This document shows positions 1 to 10,262 of a DNA stretch of 64,000 bases, piece by piece. The translations under genes and the position numbers were made by a program. The stretch is from an uncultured Thermoplasmata archaeon. GTDB taxonomy: Archaea > Thermoplasmatota > Thermoplasmata > UBA10834. The DNA lies in the NCBI GenBank assembly GCA_963719945.1, contig CAVRDX010000004.1, positions 160,001 through 224,000 on the forward strand. Direction: 5' to 3'. How positions within the stretch are numbered: the first letter of the stretch is position 1; each line of letters begins with the position of its first letter. The notes beneath the pieces were generated by a model that did no database searches, was not told where the DNA came from, and was given only the letters and a program-made list of their open reading frames with translations.

Positions 1-2
1 CT

Positions 3-722
3 TCCAGGCTGGAGGAGATGCCCGGCGAAGAAGGATATCCTGCCTATCTCTCATCGAGGTTGTCAGAATTCTATGAGCGGTGCGGCCGTGTGAACACACT
101 CGCAGGACCGACCGGGTCTATATCGGTCATAGGCGCAGTGTCTCCATCTGGCGGAGATTTCAGTGAGCCAGTCACCCAGAGCACCCTGAGGATCGTGAAG
201 GTATTCTGGGCGCTCGATTCAAAGCTGAGGGAACGCAGACATTTCCCTGCAATCAACTGGCTGACTTCCTACAGCCTATACAGCCCCATCCTTGAAGAGT
301 GGTACAGCCGCAATGTCGCTGAAGACTGGAATCCACTCAGGCTATGGGCCATGGACAATCTCCAGAAGGAATCAGAATTGCAGGAGATAGTCCAGCTGGT
401 CGGATCGGATGCGCTGCCGGACGAGCAGAGACTGACGCTCGAGGTAGCGAGGATGATCCGAGAGTTCTTCCTCCAACAGAGTGCGTACCATGCGGTGGAC
501 ACTTACAGTCCGTTGAGACGCCAATACGATTACATGAACGCGATCCGAAGATATTCGGACCTCGCGAAGAAGGCGCTGTCTCTCGAAGTGCCTTTGGAGA
601 AGATCATCTCTCTCAAGGTCCGGTCGGACCTGGGCAAGCTGAAGTTCGAAGAGACGATCGACAAGGACCTGAAGTCGATCCTTGGTGAGATGGAAAAGCA
701 ATTCTCGGAGCTGGGGGTGTGA
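3..722 (+). CDS. atpA: A/V-type ATP synthase subunit A (5'-partial)
   Basis: [29 protein letters not shown] and [13 protein letters not shown] motifs; frame is open to the window edge. Confidence 0.97.
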   Translation, partial: SRLEEMPGEEGYPAYLSSRLSEFYERCGRVNTLAGPTGSISVIGAVSPSGGDFSEPVTQSTLRIVKVFWALDSKLRERRHFPAINWLTSYSLYSPILEEWYSRNVAEDWNPLRLWAMDNLQKESELQEIVQLVGSDALPDEQRLTLEVARMIREFFLQQSAYHAVDTYSPLRRQYDYMNAIRRYSDLAKKALSLEVPLEKIISLKVRSDLGKLKFEETIDKDLKSILGEMEKQFSELGV

Positions 723-726
723 TGTA

Positions 727-2106
727 ATGGTCAAGGAATACCACACGATAAGTCAGATAGCAGGGCCGCTGGTCTTCGTCAAGAAGACCGAGCCCATATC
801 ATACGGTGAATTAGTTTCGATAAGCCTCCCGGACGGTTCTACCAAGAGGGGCCAGGTCCTCGACACATCGAACGAAGTGGTCGTCGTGCAGGTCTTCGAA
901 GGCACAGGCGGAATCGACCGCGCGTCCGGCGTCAAATTCCTGGGAGAAACCGTCAAGATGCCGGTCTCCAAGGATATGCTCGGTAGGATCCTATCTGGCT
1001 CGGGGGACCCATTGGACAAAGGTCCGCCTATCATCCCCGAGAAGCGGCTTGAGATCATCGGCGCTGCGATCAATCCATATGCCAGGGACAACCCTCAGGA
1101 GTTCATTCAGACCGGTATCTCATCTATCGATGGCATGAACACCCTGGTCCGGGGACAGAAGTTGCCTATCTTCTCTGGCTCGGGTCTCCCGCACAACGAT
1201 ATCGCCCTGCAGATCGCGAGACAGGCCAAAGTGCTGGGTGAGAAAGAGGAGTTCGCAGTCGTCTTCGCAGCAATGGGTATAACGAGCGAAGAGGCACAGT
1301 TCTTCATGAAGGATTTCGAGAGGACAGGCGCGCTCAAGCGAGCGGTCGTGTTCCTCAACCTCGCGGATGACCCGGCGATCGAGAGGCTGCTCACGCCGAA
1401 GCTGGCTCTGACGACCGCGGAGTACCTCGCATTCGATCTCGGAATGCATGTGCTCGTCATCCTAACTGATATCACGAACTACTGCGAAGCGCTCAGACAG
1501 ATCGGTGCGGCTAGGGAGGAGGTCCCTGCCCGGAGAGGCTATCCAGGATACATGTACACCGATCTCGCGGGCATGTACGAGCGTGCAGGCAGGATCAAGG
1601 ACAAGAAAGGTTCGATCACGCAGTTTCCCATACTATCCATGCCGGGTGACGATATCACCCATCCAATACCTGATCTGACTGGATACATCACGGAAGGGCA
1701 GATAGTGGCTTCCAGAGAGCTGCACAGGCAGGGCATATACCCGCCCGTCGCAGTGGAGCGGTCGTTGTCCCGTCTGATGGGTCAAGGTATCGGGCCTGGT
1801 CGGACGAGGGAGGACCACCGAGCCGTATCGGATCAGCTCTATGCCGCCTATGCAGAGGGCAGGGATCTGAGAGGGCTTGTCGCAATCGTGGGGAAGGAGG
1901 CGTTGTCCGATAGGGACAGAAAGTTCCTGAACTTCGCGGAATCCTTCGAGGACAGGTTCATTCGTCAGGCGAAGGACGAGGACAGGACCATAGACCAGAC
2001 TCTTGACCTCGGCTGGGAACTGCTTTCGGTGCTCCCTATAGATTCCCTCACGAAGATCGACAGGAAGTTCATCGAGAAGTATCACCCAACGCACAAGAAG
2101 AAGTGA
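727..2106 (+). CDS. atpB: A/V-type ATP synthase subunit B
   Basis: [45 protein letters not shown]; ATG at 727 follows GGGGGTG SD-like site. Confidence 0.97.
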   Translation: MVKEYHTISQIAGPLVFVKKTEPISYGELVSISLPDGSTKRGQVLDTSNEVVVVQVFEGTGGIDRASGVKFLGETVKMPVSKDMLGRILSGSGDPLDKGPPIIPEKRLEIIGAAINPYARDNPQEFIQTGISSIDGMNTLVRGQKLPIFSGSGLPHNDIALQIARQAKVLGEKEEFAVVFAAMGITSEEAQFFMKDFERTGALKRAVVFLNLADDPAIERLLTPKLALTTAEYLAFDLGMHVLVILTDITNYCEALRQIGAAREEVPARRGYPGYMYTDLAGMYERAGRIKDKKGSITQFPILSMPGDDITHPIPDLTGYITEGQIVASRELHRQGIYPPVAVERSLSRLMGQGIGPGRTREDHRAVSDQLYAAYAEGRDLRGLVAIVGKEALSDRDRKFLNFAESFEDRFIRQAKDEDRTIDQTLDLGWELLSVLPIDSLTKIDRKFIEKYHPTHKKK

Positions 2107-2112
2107 GTCAAG

Positions 2113-2754
2113 ATGGCCGTCAGAGAGATACAGCCTACCAGGTCGGAACTGCTCGAGACAACGAGAAAGATCAGGCTGACCAAGAACGGGCACAAGATAC
2201 TCAAGCTGAAGAGGGACGGCCTTATCCTGGAGTTCTTCAACATACTCGATCAGGCGAAGGATCTGAGGCAGGAGATCGCGAAGCTTTACAAGGTTGCGAA
2301 TGAGAAGATCGCCATCGCATCCGCGGTGGATGGCGTGATCGCGGTCCGGTCGGCAGCCTATGCACTCACGGTGCATCCGGAGATCCAGCTCCGCAGCAGG
2401 AACCTGATGGGGGTCGTGGTCCCCGAGATAAGATCATCCCGCATAGTCGCTCCGCTGGACGAGCGGGGCTACGGCATCATAGGGACCTCGCCACGGATCG
2501 ACGAGGCTGCGGATGCGTATGAGAAGCTGGTCGAGACGGTGGTGAAGGCGGCCGAACTCGAGACCACGATGAAGAAGCTCCTCGAAGAGATCGAGAGGAC
2601 GAAGAGACGAGTCAACGCTCTTGAATTCAAGGTCTTGCCGGAGCTGGAGGAGATCGAACGCTTCATCAGATTCAGACTGGAAGAGTTGGAGCGGGACAAC
2701 ATATTCCGTCTGAAGCGGATCAAGAACAAGACCGCTGCGAAGACCGAGGCGTGA
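2113..2754 (+). CDS. atpD: A/V-type ATP synthase subunit D
   Basis: PTRSEL, GHKILKLKRDGL, RTKRRVNALE motifs; follows atpB. Confidence 0.96.
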   Translation: MAVREIQPTRSELLETTRKIRLTKNGHKILKLKRDGLILEFFNILDQAKDLRQEIAKLYKVANEKIAIASAVDGVIAVRSAAYALTVHPEIQLRSRNLMGVVVPEIRSSRIVAPLDERGYGIIGTSPRIDEAADAYEKLVETVVKAAELETTMKKLLEEIERTKRRVNALEFKVLPELEEIERFIRFRLEELERDNIFRLKRIKNKTAAKTEA

Positions 2755-2758
2755 GGAT

Positions 2759-2884
2759 TTGCGACTGTTCGATATATTACATGATAGGGCGAAACTCATC
2801 AAACTCTTCTACATCGCATTCTGGGTCAGTCTGGTGTTCCTGGGAATCGGTTACGGGATCATCATCATGGATCTGTTCGGCTAG
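2759..2884 (+). CDS. 41-aa single-pass membrane microprotein (MRLFDILHDRAKLIKLFYIAFWVSLVFLGIGYGIIIMDLFG)
   Basis: TTG start 4 nt after the atpD stop, GAGGCGTGAGG upstream, one clean hydrophobic helix, fills the atpD-glnA gap; below the ORF-track length cutoff. Confidence 0.7.
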   Translation: MRLFDILHDRAKLIKLFYIAFWVSLVFLGIGYGIIIMDLFG

Positions 2885-4215
2885 AGCACCTTGAGATAGT
2901 TCTCGATCTCCCATCGCGTGACCTGGGTCCTGTAAGTGTCCCACTCTCTCTGCTTAATCACTATGAAGTGGTTGAACGCGTGCTCCCCGAGAGTATCCAT
3001 CATCAGTTCGCTCTTCTCGAAATAGCTCAGGGCATGGCCAAGGTTCGCGGGAAGAGATTCTATTCCATTCTTGTCGCGGTCCTTCTGCGACATCCCGTAG
3101 AGGTCCTTCTCGACCGGGTCCGGCGGATCCAGACCCTTCTTCATGCCGTCAAGGCCAGATGCCAGCATCACGGCGAACTGCAGGTACGGATTACCTGCGG
3201 GGTCTGGATTCCTCACCTCTATCCTTGTAGCCGCACCTCGTCCTGCGGGGACGCGGACCAGGGCACTCCTGTTCCTGTTGGCCCATGATATGTAGACGGG
3301 GGCCTCGAATCCTGGGACTATCCTCTTGTATGAATTGACCCACGAATTCAGGATCGCGCAGTTCTCCTTCGCGTGGTTCAGTATTCCAGCTATGTAATGG
3401 ATCATCGTCTTCGAGAGCTCGTTCTTCGCTTTGGGGTCGTAGAACGCGTTCTCGCCTTCGGTGGTGAATAGCGACTGATGCACATGCATCCCGCTTCCAT
3501 TCACACCGTACACTGGTTTCGGCATGAATGTCGCCCAGAGGTTGTGCTGCAGTGCGACGGTCTTGATGGCGTGTTTGAGCATCAGTATCCTGTCCGCTAT
3601 CGAGAGCGCATTGTCATACCTCAGGTCTATCTCGTGCTGTCCGGGCGAAACCTCGTGAGTCGTTCTCTCCACGTTGAACTTGAGGTGATCCAGATAGAGC
3701 GCGGTCTCCTTTCTGACGCGTTCTGCCTGGTCCAAAGGCAGCAGGTCGAAATATCCGCCATGGTCGGTGGGTGTGGTCGTGGGCTCACCATGATCATCCA
3801 GTTTGAATAGGAAGAACTCGAATTCAGGGCCGGTGTTGAATTCGAACCCAAGCTCCTTGGCCTTGTCCATCTGTCGTTGGAGTATGTATCTCGGGTCTCC
3901 TCTGAACCTCTTACCATCTATCGTGAATATGTCGCATATCATCCTGGCAGTCTTCATCCGTCCTTCTGTCCACGGGAATATCAGGAATGTGTCATGGTCC
4001 GGATGCGCTCTCATGTCGGACTCGTCGATCGTCGCATAGCCAACTATGGACGATCCATCAAACAATATCCCTTCGTCGAGCGCCCGTTCCATCCTGGCGA
4101 CCGGCACGGACATGCACTTGACGGTGCCCAAGATGTCCATGAACTGGAACTCTATGAACTCGACGTCCTCCTTCTCGACAATGCCGAGAAGCTCCTCCTT
4201 GGTAGGTTTCGCCAT
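2881..4215 (-). CDS. glnA: Glutamine synthetase type I
   Basis: FDGSSI, HEVSPGQHEI, ATFMPKP, NGSGMHVHQSL, NRSALVRVP, RIEVRNPDP motifs. Confidence 0.97.
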   Translation of the reverse strand: MAKPTKEELLGIVEKEDVEFIEFQFMDILGTVKCMSVPVARMERALDEGILFDGSSIVGYATIDESDMRAHPDHDTFLIFPWTEGRMKTARMICDIFTIDGKRFRGDPRYILQRQMDKAKELGFEFNTGPEFEFFLFKLDDHGEPTTTPTDHGGYFDLLPLDQAERVRKETALYLDHLKFNVERTTHEVSPGQHEIDLRYDNALSIADRILMLKHAIKTVALQHNLWATFMPKPVYGVNGSGMHVHQSLFTTEGENAFYDPKAKNELSKTMIHYIAGILNHAKENCAILNSWVNSYKRIVPGFEAPVYISWANRNRSALVRVPAGRGAATRIEVRNPDPAGNPYLQFAVMLASGLDGMKKGLDPPDPVEKDLYGMSQKDRDKNGIESLPANLGHALSYFEKSELMMDTLGEHAFNHFIVIKQREWDTYRTQVTRWEIENYLKVL

Positions 4216-4251
4216 ACCATCTCCTCCTAGGCTGTTGATATTCCATGCATC

Positions 4252-5682
4252 CTACTTGGTTCTACCCCTGCCTCTCTCCGATCGTCGGCCGTTCTCTTTA
4301 GGCTCAGGGTGATCGATGCCCATCTTGTCGAGCCACTTTCCCCGCTCGGCGAGTGCATGCAATGCTGTGATCCCTCTCTCAGGGACAGACATGACCGGTA
4401 TCCCTCTCGAGTCGAGATACTGTTCCGACTCCTGGTCGAATATGCCGGCAAAACACGCAACCGTCGGCTTGCCGCTCAGCTTCGATGTGATGGATATCCA
4501 TTTGGCTATCTGGAACAGGTTCGTCGCGGCCTGTCTCGCAGCTATGACCATGATCGCCTTGACCTCTGGTGCCTTGCCGACCGCGGTCAGGACCTTCGCA
4601 TATCTGGAAGTATCAGCGTCACCTATGATGTCGATCGGATTCCCCCAGCTCCAGGTCGGTGGGCAGGCCTTTCCAATATCCTGGAGCGTCTCGTCGGAAA
4701 GCTCTGCGAGTTTGAGATTCATGTCGTAAGCGAAATCCGTGGCGATCACTCCCATCCCACCGGCATTCGTCACTATCGCGATCCCCTCTCCTTTCATGGG
4801 TGGTTGGTTGGCAAGCGCCTGAGCGGCATCGAACAGTTCGAACATGGTCTTGGCCCTGTACACGCCCGTCTGCCTGAACGCTCCATCGTATGCGGAGTCT
4901 GAACCGGCCAGGGCACCAGTGTGCGATCTGGCTGCTCTCGCCCCTCTCTCGGTCCTCCCTGCCTTGAGGATCACGATAGGCTTCTTCTTGGAAGCTTTTT
5001 TGAGCGAGTCGAAGAGCGCGGGGCCGTCCCTTGTCGATTCCATGTACGCCGCGATGCAGGTGGTCTTCTTGTCCGATGCGAAGTAATCCACCAGATCCGA
5101 ATCTCCAACATCTGCCTTGTTTCCGGAACTGACGAAAGCCGAGAACCCAAGCATCTCCCTTACAGAGTATTCTATAGCTGCTGTGCAGAATGCGCCGCTC
5201 TGCGAGAAGAATGCTATCGGCCCCTTCAAAGGCGAGGTCCTTGCGAATGATGCGTTCATCTTGTGATGTGGAGAGATCACACCGAGGGAGTTTGGTCCCA
5301 CTATCCTCATCTTGTGCTTCTTGGATATTTTTAGGATGAGATCCTCTCTATCTCGTCCTTCCTGGTCGCCTTCTGAGAAGCCCGCGGATATCACAACCGC
5401 TCCTTTGACCTTCTTCCTCCCCGCCTGCTCAAGAACGTCTGGGACTATCTTCGCTGGGACGACGACGATGGCGAGGTCCACTCCATCTGGGCAATCTGTT
5501 ATCTTCGGATAACACGGCATCCCAAGGATCTCGTCATAGTTCGGGTTCACGAAGTGTATCTTGCCATCGTATCCCTCTCCGTAGAGGTTCTCTATTACGA
5601 TGTTACCTACCTTTCCCGGGGTCGGGGTGGCACCTATCACCGCGACCGATTTCGGCTTGAAGAAAACCTCTAGCTCTCGCAT
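4252..5682 (-). CDS. acdA: ADP-forming acyl/acetyl-CoA synthetase alpha subunit
   Basis: PKSVAVIGA CoA-binding domain, RIVGPNSLG, SQSGA, phospho-His motif AARSHTGALAG, NPIDIIGDA. Confidence 0.88.
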   Translation of the reverse strand: MRELEVFFKPKSVAVIGATPTPGKVGNIVIENLYGEGYDGKIHFVNPNYDEILGMPCYPKITDCPDGVDLAIVVVPAKIVPDVLEQAGRKKVKGAVVISAGFSEGDQEGRDREDLILKISKKHKMRIVGPNSLGVISPHHKMNASFARTSPLKGPIAFFSQSGAFCTAAIEYSVREMLGFSAFVSSGNKADVGDSDLVDYFASDKKTTCIAAYMESTRDGPALFDSLKKASKKKPIVILKAGRTERGARAARSHTGALAGSDSAYDGAFRQTGVYRAKTMFELFDAAQALANQPPMKGEGIAIVTNAGGMGVIATDFAYDMNLKLAELSDETLQDIGKACPPTWSWGNPIDIIGDADTSRYAKVLTAVGKAPEVKAIMVIAARQAATNLFQIAKWISITSKLSGKPTVACFAGIFDQESEQYLDSRGIPVMSVPERGITALHALAERGKWLDKMGIDHPEPKENGRRSERGRGRTK

Positions 5683-5730
5683 GAGTCTCAATCCTGCTCA
5701 CACGATATCATATATGCTCTCATAAAAGGT

Positions 5731-7191
5731 TCAGTGCGAGAAATCTTCGATCCATGATTCCCCTGTACCTAGGTTTATCATGGGCACTCTGGCGGGATCA
5801 GGGATCACGTTGTGCATTCTCTGGAACTCCGTCTGTGATTGCCATGTGGATGCGTTGATGAGTTTGATCCCTCGGTACTCCGAGACTCCGCACGAATGCA
5901 CGTGACCGGTCACGAATATATTCGGCACCTGGTCGATCACCATGTAGTCCTTCTGCTCTGGCGCGATTGCGGTGCGCTCGCCGTACACAGGGGCGAGATG
6001 CCTCCTCTTCAGCATTTCCTTCATTGCATCCAAGGGTGCGGAATAGGATAGGTTGGGCACACTAGCTATGAAATCATCCATGCTTCTGCCATGATATGCC
6101 AGGATCAAACGTCCTTCTATCTCCAGGTAGCATGGGTTTCCGGCGAACATCACTCTGGAGTCGAAGATGCTCTGGATCTCCTTTGATAGAGCCGGCTGAG
6201 GTTCGGCGAGGCGGACTGCGTCGTGGTTGCCAGGCATCATCACGATCTTGATCCAGTCCGGAATCGGTTCGATCAATTTCGACAATGCCTCGTATTGCGC
6301 AAAAACATCTTCTATGAGGAGTTCGTCCTCCTGACCCGGGTATATCCCGATGCCGTCGACGAGGTCTCCTGGCATCAGCATGTATTTTATCTTCTTCGCC
6401 GACGGATCCTTGTTAAGCCATTCGAGGAACCTGTTCCATTTCTCTGGCAGGAAAGTATCGCTGCCGACGTGGATATCCGAAACGAAAGCAACGACCGAAT
6501 CGGAACCGTTCGGGATCATCGCACTGTTCATGGGGACGTCTGGTCTGATGATTTCCTTCGCGATTATTATCTCGCCATCTTTGCTGAACGAGCCGATAAC
6601 GCCGATCACCTCGTCCTTGAGGAAAGCTTCCCCAATCTTCCGAGAACCCTTCATGATGAGTATCTGGATCTTGTCCGCTTCATCTTCGAGTTCCAGGAGT
6701 GTGTGCCCGTTCTTGGTCGCCCTTATTTCGTTGACAATGCCCACTATCTTGATGTCCCTTTGAACCTTCTTCGCTCTGGATATCGAGACGATGCCTGCGA
6801 GCTCCCTTCTTCTATAGAGCATCTTACGTATTGCCGCATAACGGTCGTTGAACAGCTTAGCGAAGTCGATCACGTTGCCGACGCAAGTGGACTCCCCGGT
6901 TATGTCTCTGATAATGGTGACTTCTTCTCTCTTCACGTCTTTCTCGATTACTGCCGCTTTCTTCTTAGGTTCCGGCACCTTCTTCCCAGGTTCGATGATC
7001 GGTTTCTCGATCATGCATCGGGAATATTGCTCGACATCTTCCTTGGATAGTATGAGTGGTCTGTTATCCGGATCCTTCAAGATGTGCTTCGCGCAGCCAA
7101 TCGGATCAGACAATGTGCAGAGCAAATCCACAGCTGCAGGGTCGACAAGTATCCCGCCCTCCGTCAGCAGCTTCAGAATGCGCTTCTTCAT
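5731..7191 (-). CDS. polB: DNA polymerase D small (exonuclease) subunit DP1
   Basis: OB fold plus calcineurin-like motifs SDIHVGS, GDLVDG, PGNHD, YHGRS, RRHLAP, GHVH; start placed at MKKRILK. Confidence 0.93.
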   Translation of the reverse strand: MKKRILKLLTEGGILVDPAAVDLLCTLSDPIGCAKHILKDPDNRPLILSKEDVEQYSRCMIEKPIIEPGKKVPEPKKKAAVIEKDVKREEVTIIRDITGESTCVGNVIDFAKLFNDRYAAIRKMLYRRRELAGIVSISRAKKVQRDIKIVGIVNEIRATKNGHTLLELEDEADKIQILIMKGSRKIGEAFLKDEVIGVIGSFSKDGEIIIAKEIIRPDVPMNSAMIPNGSDSVVAFVSDIHVGSDTFLPEKWNRFLEWLNKDPSAKKIKYMLMPGDLVDGIGIYPGQEDELLIEDVFAQYEALSKLIEPIPDWIKIVMMPGNHDAVRLAEPQPALSKEIQSIFDSRVMFAGNPCYLEIEGRLILAYHGRSMDDFIASVPNLSYSAPLDAMKEMLKRRHLAPVYGERTAIAPEQKDYMVIDQVPNIFVTGHVHSCGVSEYRGIKLINASTWQSQTEFQRMHNVIPDPARVPMINLGTGESWIEDFSH

Positions 7192-7247
7192 CTCGGCAAA
7201 CCTAGCGCGGACGTCTTTAAATATCTTTTCGAGCATGGTCAGACATC

Positions 7248-7625
7248 ATGGATGCAAGGGTAGTGGCCAGATGCTATCCAACTGAGGACCGGTCGAAGGT
7301 GATTCAGGCCATTCTCTCCATATTCCCTGATGCAGTCATCGAAGGCGATGATGAGATCGTAGCGAGAACCTCTTCGCTGGAGCATTTCGCCGAATTGTTG
7401 CAGAAGCAGAGGATACGATCAGCCGCTCGGTCAGCACTAAGGCGGAGCATGATGCCCGGCTCCATTCAGTTCAATCTCAACAAGCAGGTTGCCACGGTCG
7501 GCAAGATATCATTCTCTGAAGAGAGTCGGCCATTAGGTGACATCGCGGTCGAGATATTGTGTGAGGATCCCGAAGGACTCATCGATTCTATCGCCCCGCT
7601 CCCTGCAAAGGAGGGGTCGGAATGA
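7248..7625 (+). CDS. UPF0201/DUF54 RNA-binding domain protein
   Basis: PTEDxxKV...IFP, QRIRSAAR, LNKQVA, PLGDI motifs. Confidence 0.85.
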   Translation: MDARVVARCYPTEDRSKVIQAILSIFPDAVIEGDDEIVARTSSLEHFAELLQKQRIRSAARSALRRSMMPGSIQFNLNKQVATVGKISFSEESRPLGDIAVEILCEDPEGLIDSIAPLPAKEGSE

Positions 7626-8380
7626 TCGGCATCGCCTCTCCGGCTTTCTGCGCAAAACCGTTCGATGAGATCTTGGCGGCTATCTCCGAACACTTCCAAC
7701 TCTGGGAGATACTCCCGGAAGGCGAGCATCATCTGAACCAGGTCATGAAAGGAATAGTGTACGGTAGAGATTCATTGGGTTTGAAGTTCCAGATCCATGC
7801 GCCAATGACCGATGTGAACATCGGTAGCGTCTATGAGCCGATGAGACAGGCGGCATTGAAGGAGATACGAAATGTCATATCGGCCTGCAGGGGACTGGAT
7901 ATTCGGCTCGTTACCATCCACCCTGGTTTTGTCAATGGCATCGCTTTCCTGGACCGATCGAAGGTGTTGGATGCCACAAAGAGGTCAGTCCGCGAGCTGG
8001 CCCCGTTCGCCGCGGATAATTCTGTTCAGCTGGCTCTCGAGAACATGCCTGCGAACATCAATGCGACGTGCACAAGCGCGTCAGACCTGATCGAAGCTGT
8101 CCAGGGGACCGGCGTCGGCCTGTGCTTCGACATGGGCCATGCGAACACCTCGAATCAGCTGGATGAGATGCTAAGCCACAAATCGGAATTCAAAAACATC
8201 CATCTCCACAATAACGAGGGACAGTGGGACCAACACAACAGGGTCGATGACGGCACCGCTGATCTGGATCGTGTTCTCAAAGCTTTGAAAGGTTCTTACG
8301 AAGGCAATCTGATCATCGAGGCGACCAGTCTTGATGAAGGGGTCGAGAGCAAGAGGATATTGGAGGATCGACTAGAGTAG
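7622..8380 (+). CDS. Sugar-phosphate isomerase/epimerase (AP endonuclease 2 TIM barrel) family protein
   Basis: HAP..DVN, TIHPG, LALENM, CFDMGHA, HLHNN..WDQH metal motifs. Confidence 0.85.
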   Translation: MIGIASPAFCAKPFDEILAAISEHFQLWEILPEGEHHLNQVMKGIVYGRDSLGLKFQIHAPMTDVNIGSVYEPMRQAALKEIRNVISACRGLDIRLVTIHPGFVNGIAFLDRSKVLDATKRSVRELAPFAADNSVQLALENMPANINATCTSASDLIEAVQGTGVGLCFDMGHANTSNQLDEMLSHKSEFKNIHLHNNEGQWDQHNRVDDGTADLDRVLKALKGSYEGNLIIEATSLDEGVESKRILEDRLE

Positions 8381-9733
8381 AGTCCCGCACCTGAGGCACT
8401 GGAACCGTCCATCGAGCCACCTCGCCTGCGTGTTGCCGCACACTGGGCATATGAACACTGCTCCGAACCCTGGCATTGCGTTCTGCGTCGCCGTCGGTTC
8501 TCTCTGCCCAAGTCCAAGATTTCCTGCTGCAGGAGGGATCTCCCTGGGTGGCTGCATGATATTCCCTCCATACGAATAGTTGTATTGCACCGGCTGTGGG
8601 GCGGGCCGATCCTCGAAGTACTTGCGTTTGGTGACGAATTCGATCATGCGCGTCAGATAGTATCCGAAGAATACGCTCCCCATCCCAACCCATAGGAGGA
8701 TCGCCACGGCGAGGAAAACGAGAATGCTCAGGGATGCTCCTGCGAAGACCTCGGATGGGAGCGAGAGGTAGTCGAATCCGAAATGGAGCATGATCGAGGC
8801 GGCTAGTCCATGCTTCAGGAACATGTATCCAAATGCAAGTCCCGCCACCGCGGCAGGGAACACCTTCCATGCGCCCCATCCTTCGTAGTGTCCCATGCCA
8901 AACATGACTGAGGAGAGTATCAGAAGGGCAGCCTCCGGGATCCCTATGCTTATCCCTCCGCCGAGGACATATTTGTATGACTTGTATGGTAGCGCTCTCC
9001 CGCTGAACGCGCGTCTGAGGAGATCGATGCCTATCAATGGCAGGCCGATCATGAGCACTCGCACTATGAGCTCTTCCCAGACAGATGCATTGGCCAGCAG
9101 GAAGAGGAGCTCCCATAGGTCCGTGTCCTCAACGGGCGAAGTCACCTCGCTGTCGAAGATCCCCATAACAATCACCACAGCCACGTTCAGGAAGAGTACT
9201 GCGAACATCAGTCCACAGAGATCGAATATCGCGCTGTGTTTCCTGGGCTCGGCTTTCATCCCTAGCTCCTTCTTGAACGATCTCGCACTGGTCAAGAACA
9301 GCCAGATGGCGCTCATCAAGATCGCCGCGACGATGAGCAGATAGTACGCTCCCAGCGCATCGCCGGATATTCGGCCTATCTCGACCAGCCTTGGTGTGAT
9401 GATTATCATTGAGAACGAATGTTTGACGATCTCTGGGAGCACGATCGTTATCCCATATATCAGGGCGGCGAGGGAGAGAATGAACTGAGCCAGCATCGTG
9501 ATCATAGAATATGCCGATCCAGTTTTGAAGAGCCTACGCCACGAAGGCCCCGTCCTTACGGGGACGGTTCTGACCCAGGGGAACGGTGACAGGTTGGGGT
9601 CGGAAGCCCTCAGAGACGCCCTTATCGCCCCACATCTCGGGCAGAAATTGCCTGTCGGTGGTATCAATGCACCGCAAAATGTGCAGTACTCGCCGGTCGT
9701 ATTCTGGCTTGCTGGCCGTGGCTCCTCTGACAC
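8372..9733 (-). CDS. CPBP (Abi/Rce1-like) intramembrane metalloprotease with N- and C-terminal zinc ribbons
   Basis: WEELIVR, FGMGH and SIMLHFGFD motifs; CxxC..CxxC at both ends; multiple TM segments. Confidence 0.85.
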   Translation of the reverse strand: MSEEPRPASQNTTGEYCTFCGALIPPTGNFCPRCGAIRASLRASDPNLSPFPWVRTVPVRTGPSWRRLFKTGSAYSMITMLAQFILSLAALIYGITIVLPEIVKHSFSMIIITPRLVEIGRISGDALGAYYLLIVAAILMSAIWLFLTSARSFKKELGMKAEPRKHSAIFDLCGLMFAVLFLNVAVVIVMGIFDSEVTSPVEDTDLWELLFLLANASVWEELIVRVLMIGLPLIGIDLLRRAFSGRALPYKSYKYVLGGGISIGIPEAALLILSSVMFGMGHYEGWGAWKVFPAAVAGLAFGYMFLKHGLAASIMLHFGFDYLSLPSEVFAGASLSILVFLAVAILLWVGMGSVFFGYYLTRMIEFVTKRKYFEDRPAPQPVQYNYSYGGNIMQPPREIPPAAGNLGLGQREPTATQNAMPGFGAVFICPVCGNTQARWLDGRFQCLRCGTLL

Positions 9734-9929
9734 GGTCGAACCAACTTGTTCGTCACTATATTATGATTTGTATATTCGATAATAGTAACGAATGTCGGGC
9801 AATCCTCGAGGATACGGAATTCGGACCATTTCATTATGCATAAACGTGTACGGCGTCCCACATCCTCCGCCAACGTTTATATGACTAGAACAGTGTTTTC
9901 ACTGCCGCCTACATCACGGAGGCAACCAA

Positions 9930-10178
9930 ATGGATGATGAGAAGGGAGCAAAGGTCCGTTTTGAGACGTTGAGCGCTGAGAAGATTCCTTTTGGAAAGAA
10001 CAATTTCTTGGAAGTCGCGCGAAAGAAGGCAATAACCGATGAGGGCGACAGTGAGTTCATCTCTGTGTCCAGGGGTTACTTCCTTCCGGATGGTAGCGAG
10101 AAATACAAGAAATCGATTACCATCCCGGACGAACCCGCGATTAAGACATTCGTGACGGAGAAGATCAACAAGCTCTGA
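9930..10178 (+). CDS. Small hypothetical protein, PC4/PUR-like pattern
   Basis: GGAGG SD, TTTATA box near 9875; beta-beta-beta-beta-alpha pattern with GYF..GSEKYKKSITIP. Confidence 0.75.
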   Translation: MDDEKGAKVRFETLSAEKIPFGKNNFLEVARKKAITDEGDSEFISVSRGYFLPDGSEKYKKSITIPDEPAIKTFVTEKINKL

Positions 10179-10222
10179 ATCCTCCGTCAATCGAACTAGT
10201 CCGCGACAATTCGTATTTGACC

Positions 10223-10243
10223 AACGAGGATAAAATCCTCGTT
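10223..10243. terminator. Perfect 9-bp hairpin between convergent genes
   Basis: AACGAGGAT-AAA-ATCCTCGTT, flanked by GAACTAG/CTAGTTC. Confidence 0.45.
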
Positions 10244-10262
10244 CCTAGTTCCACTAAGAGTT

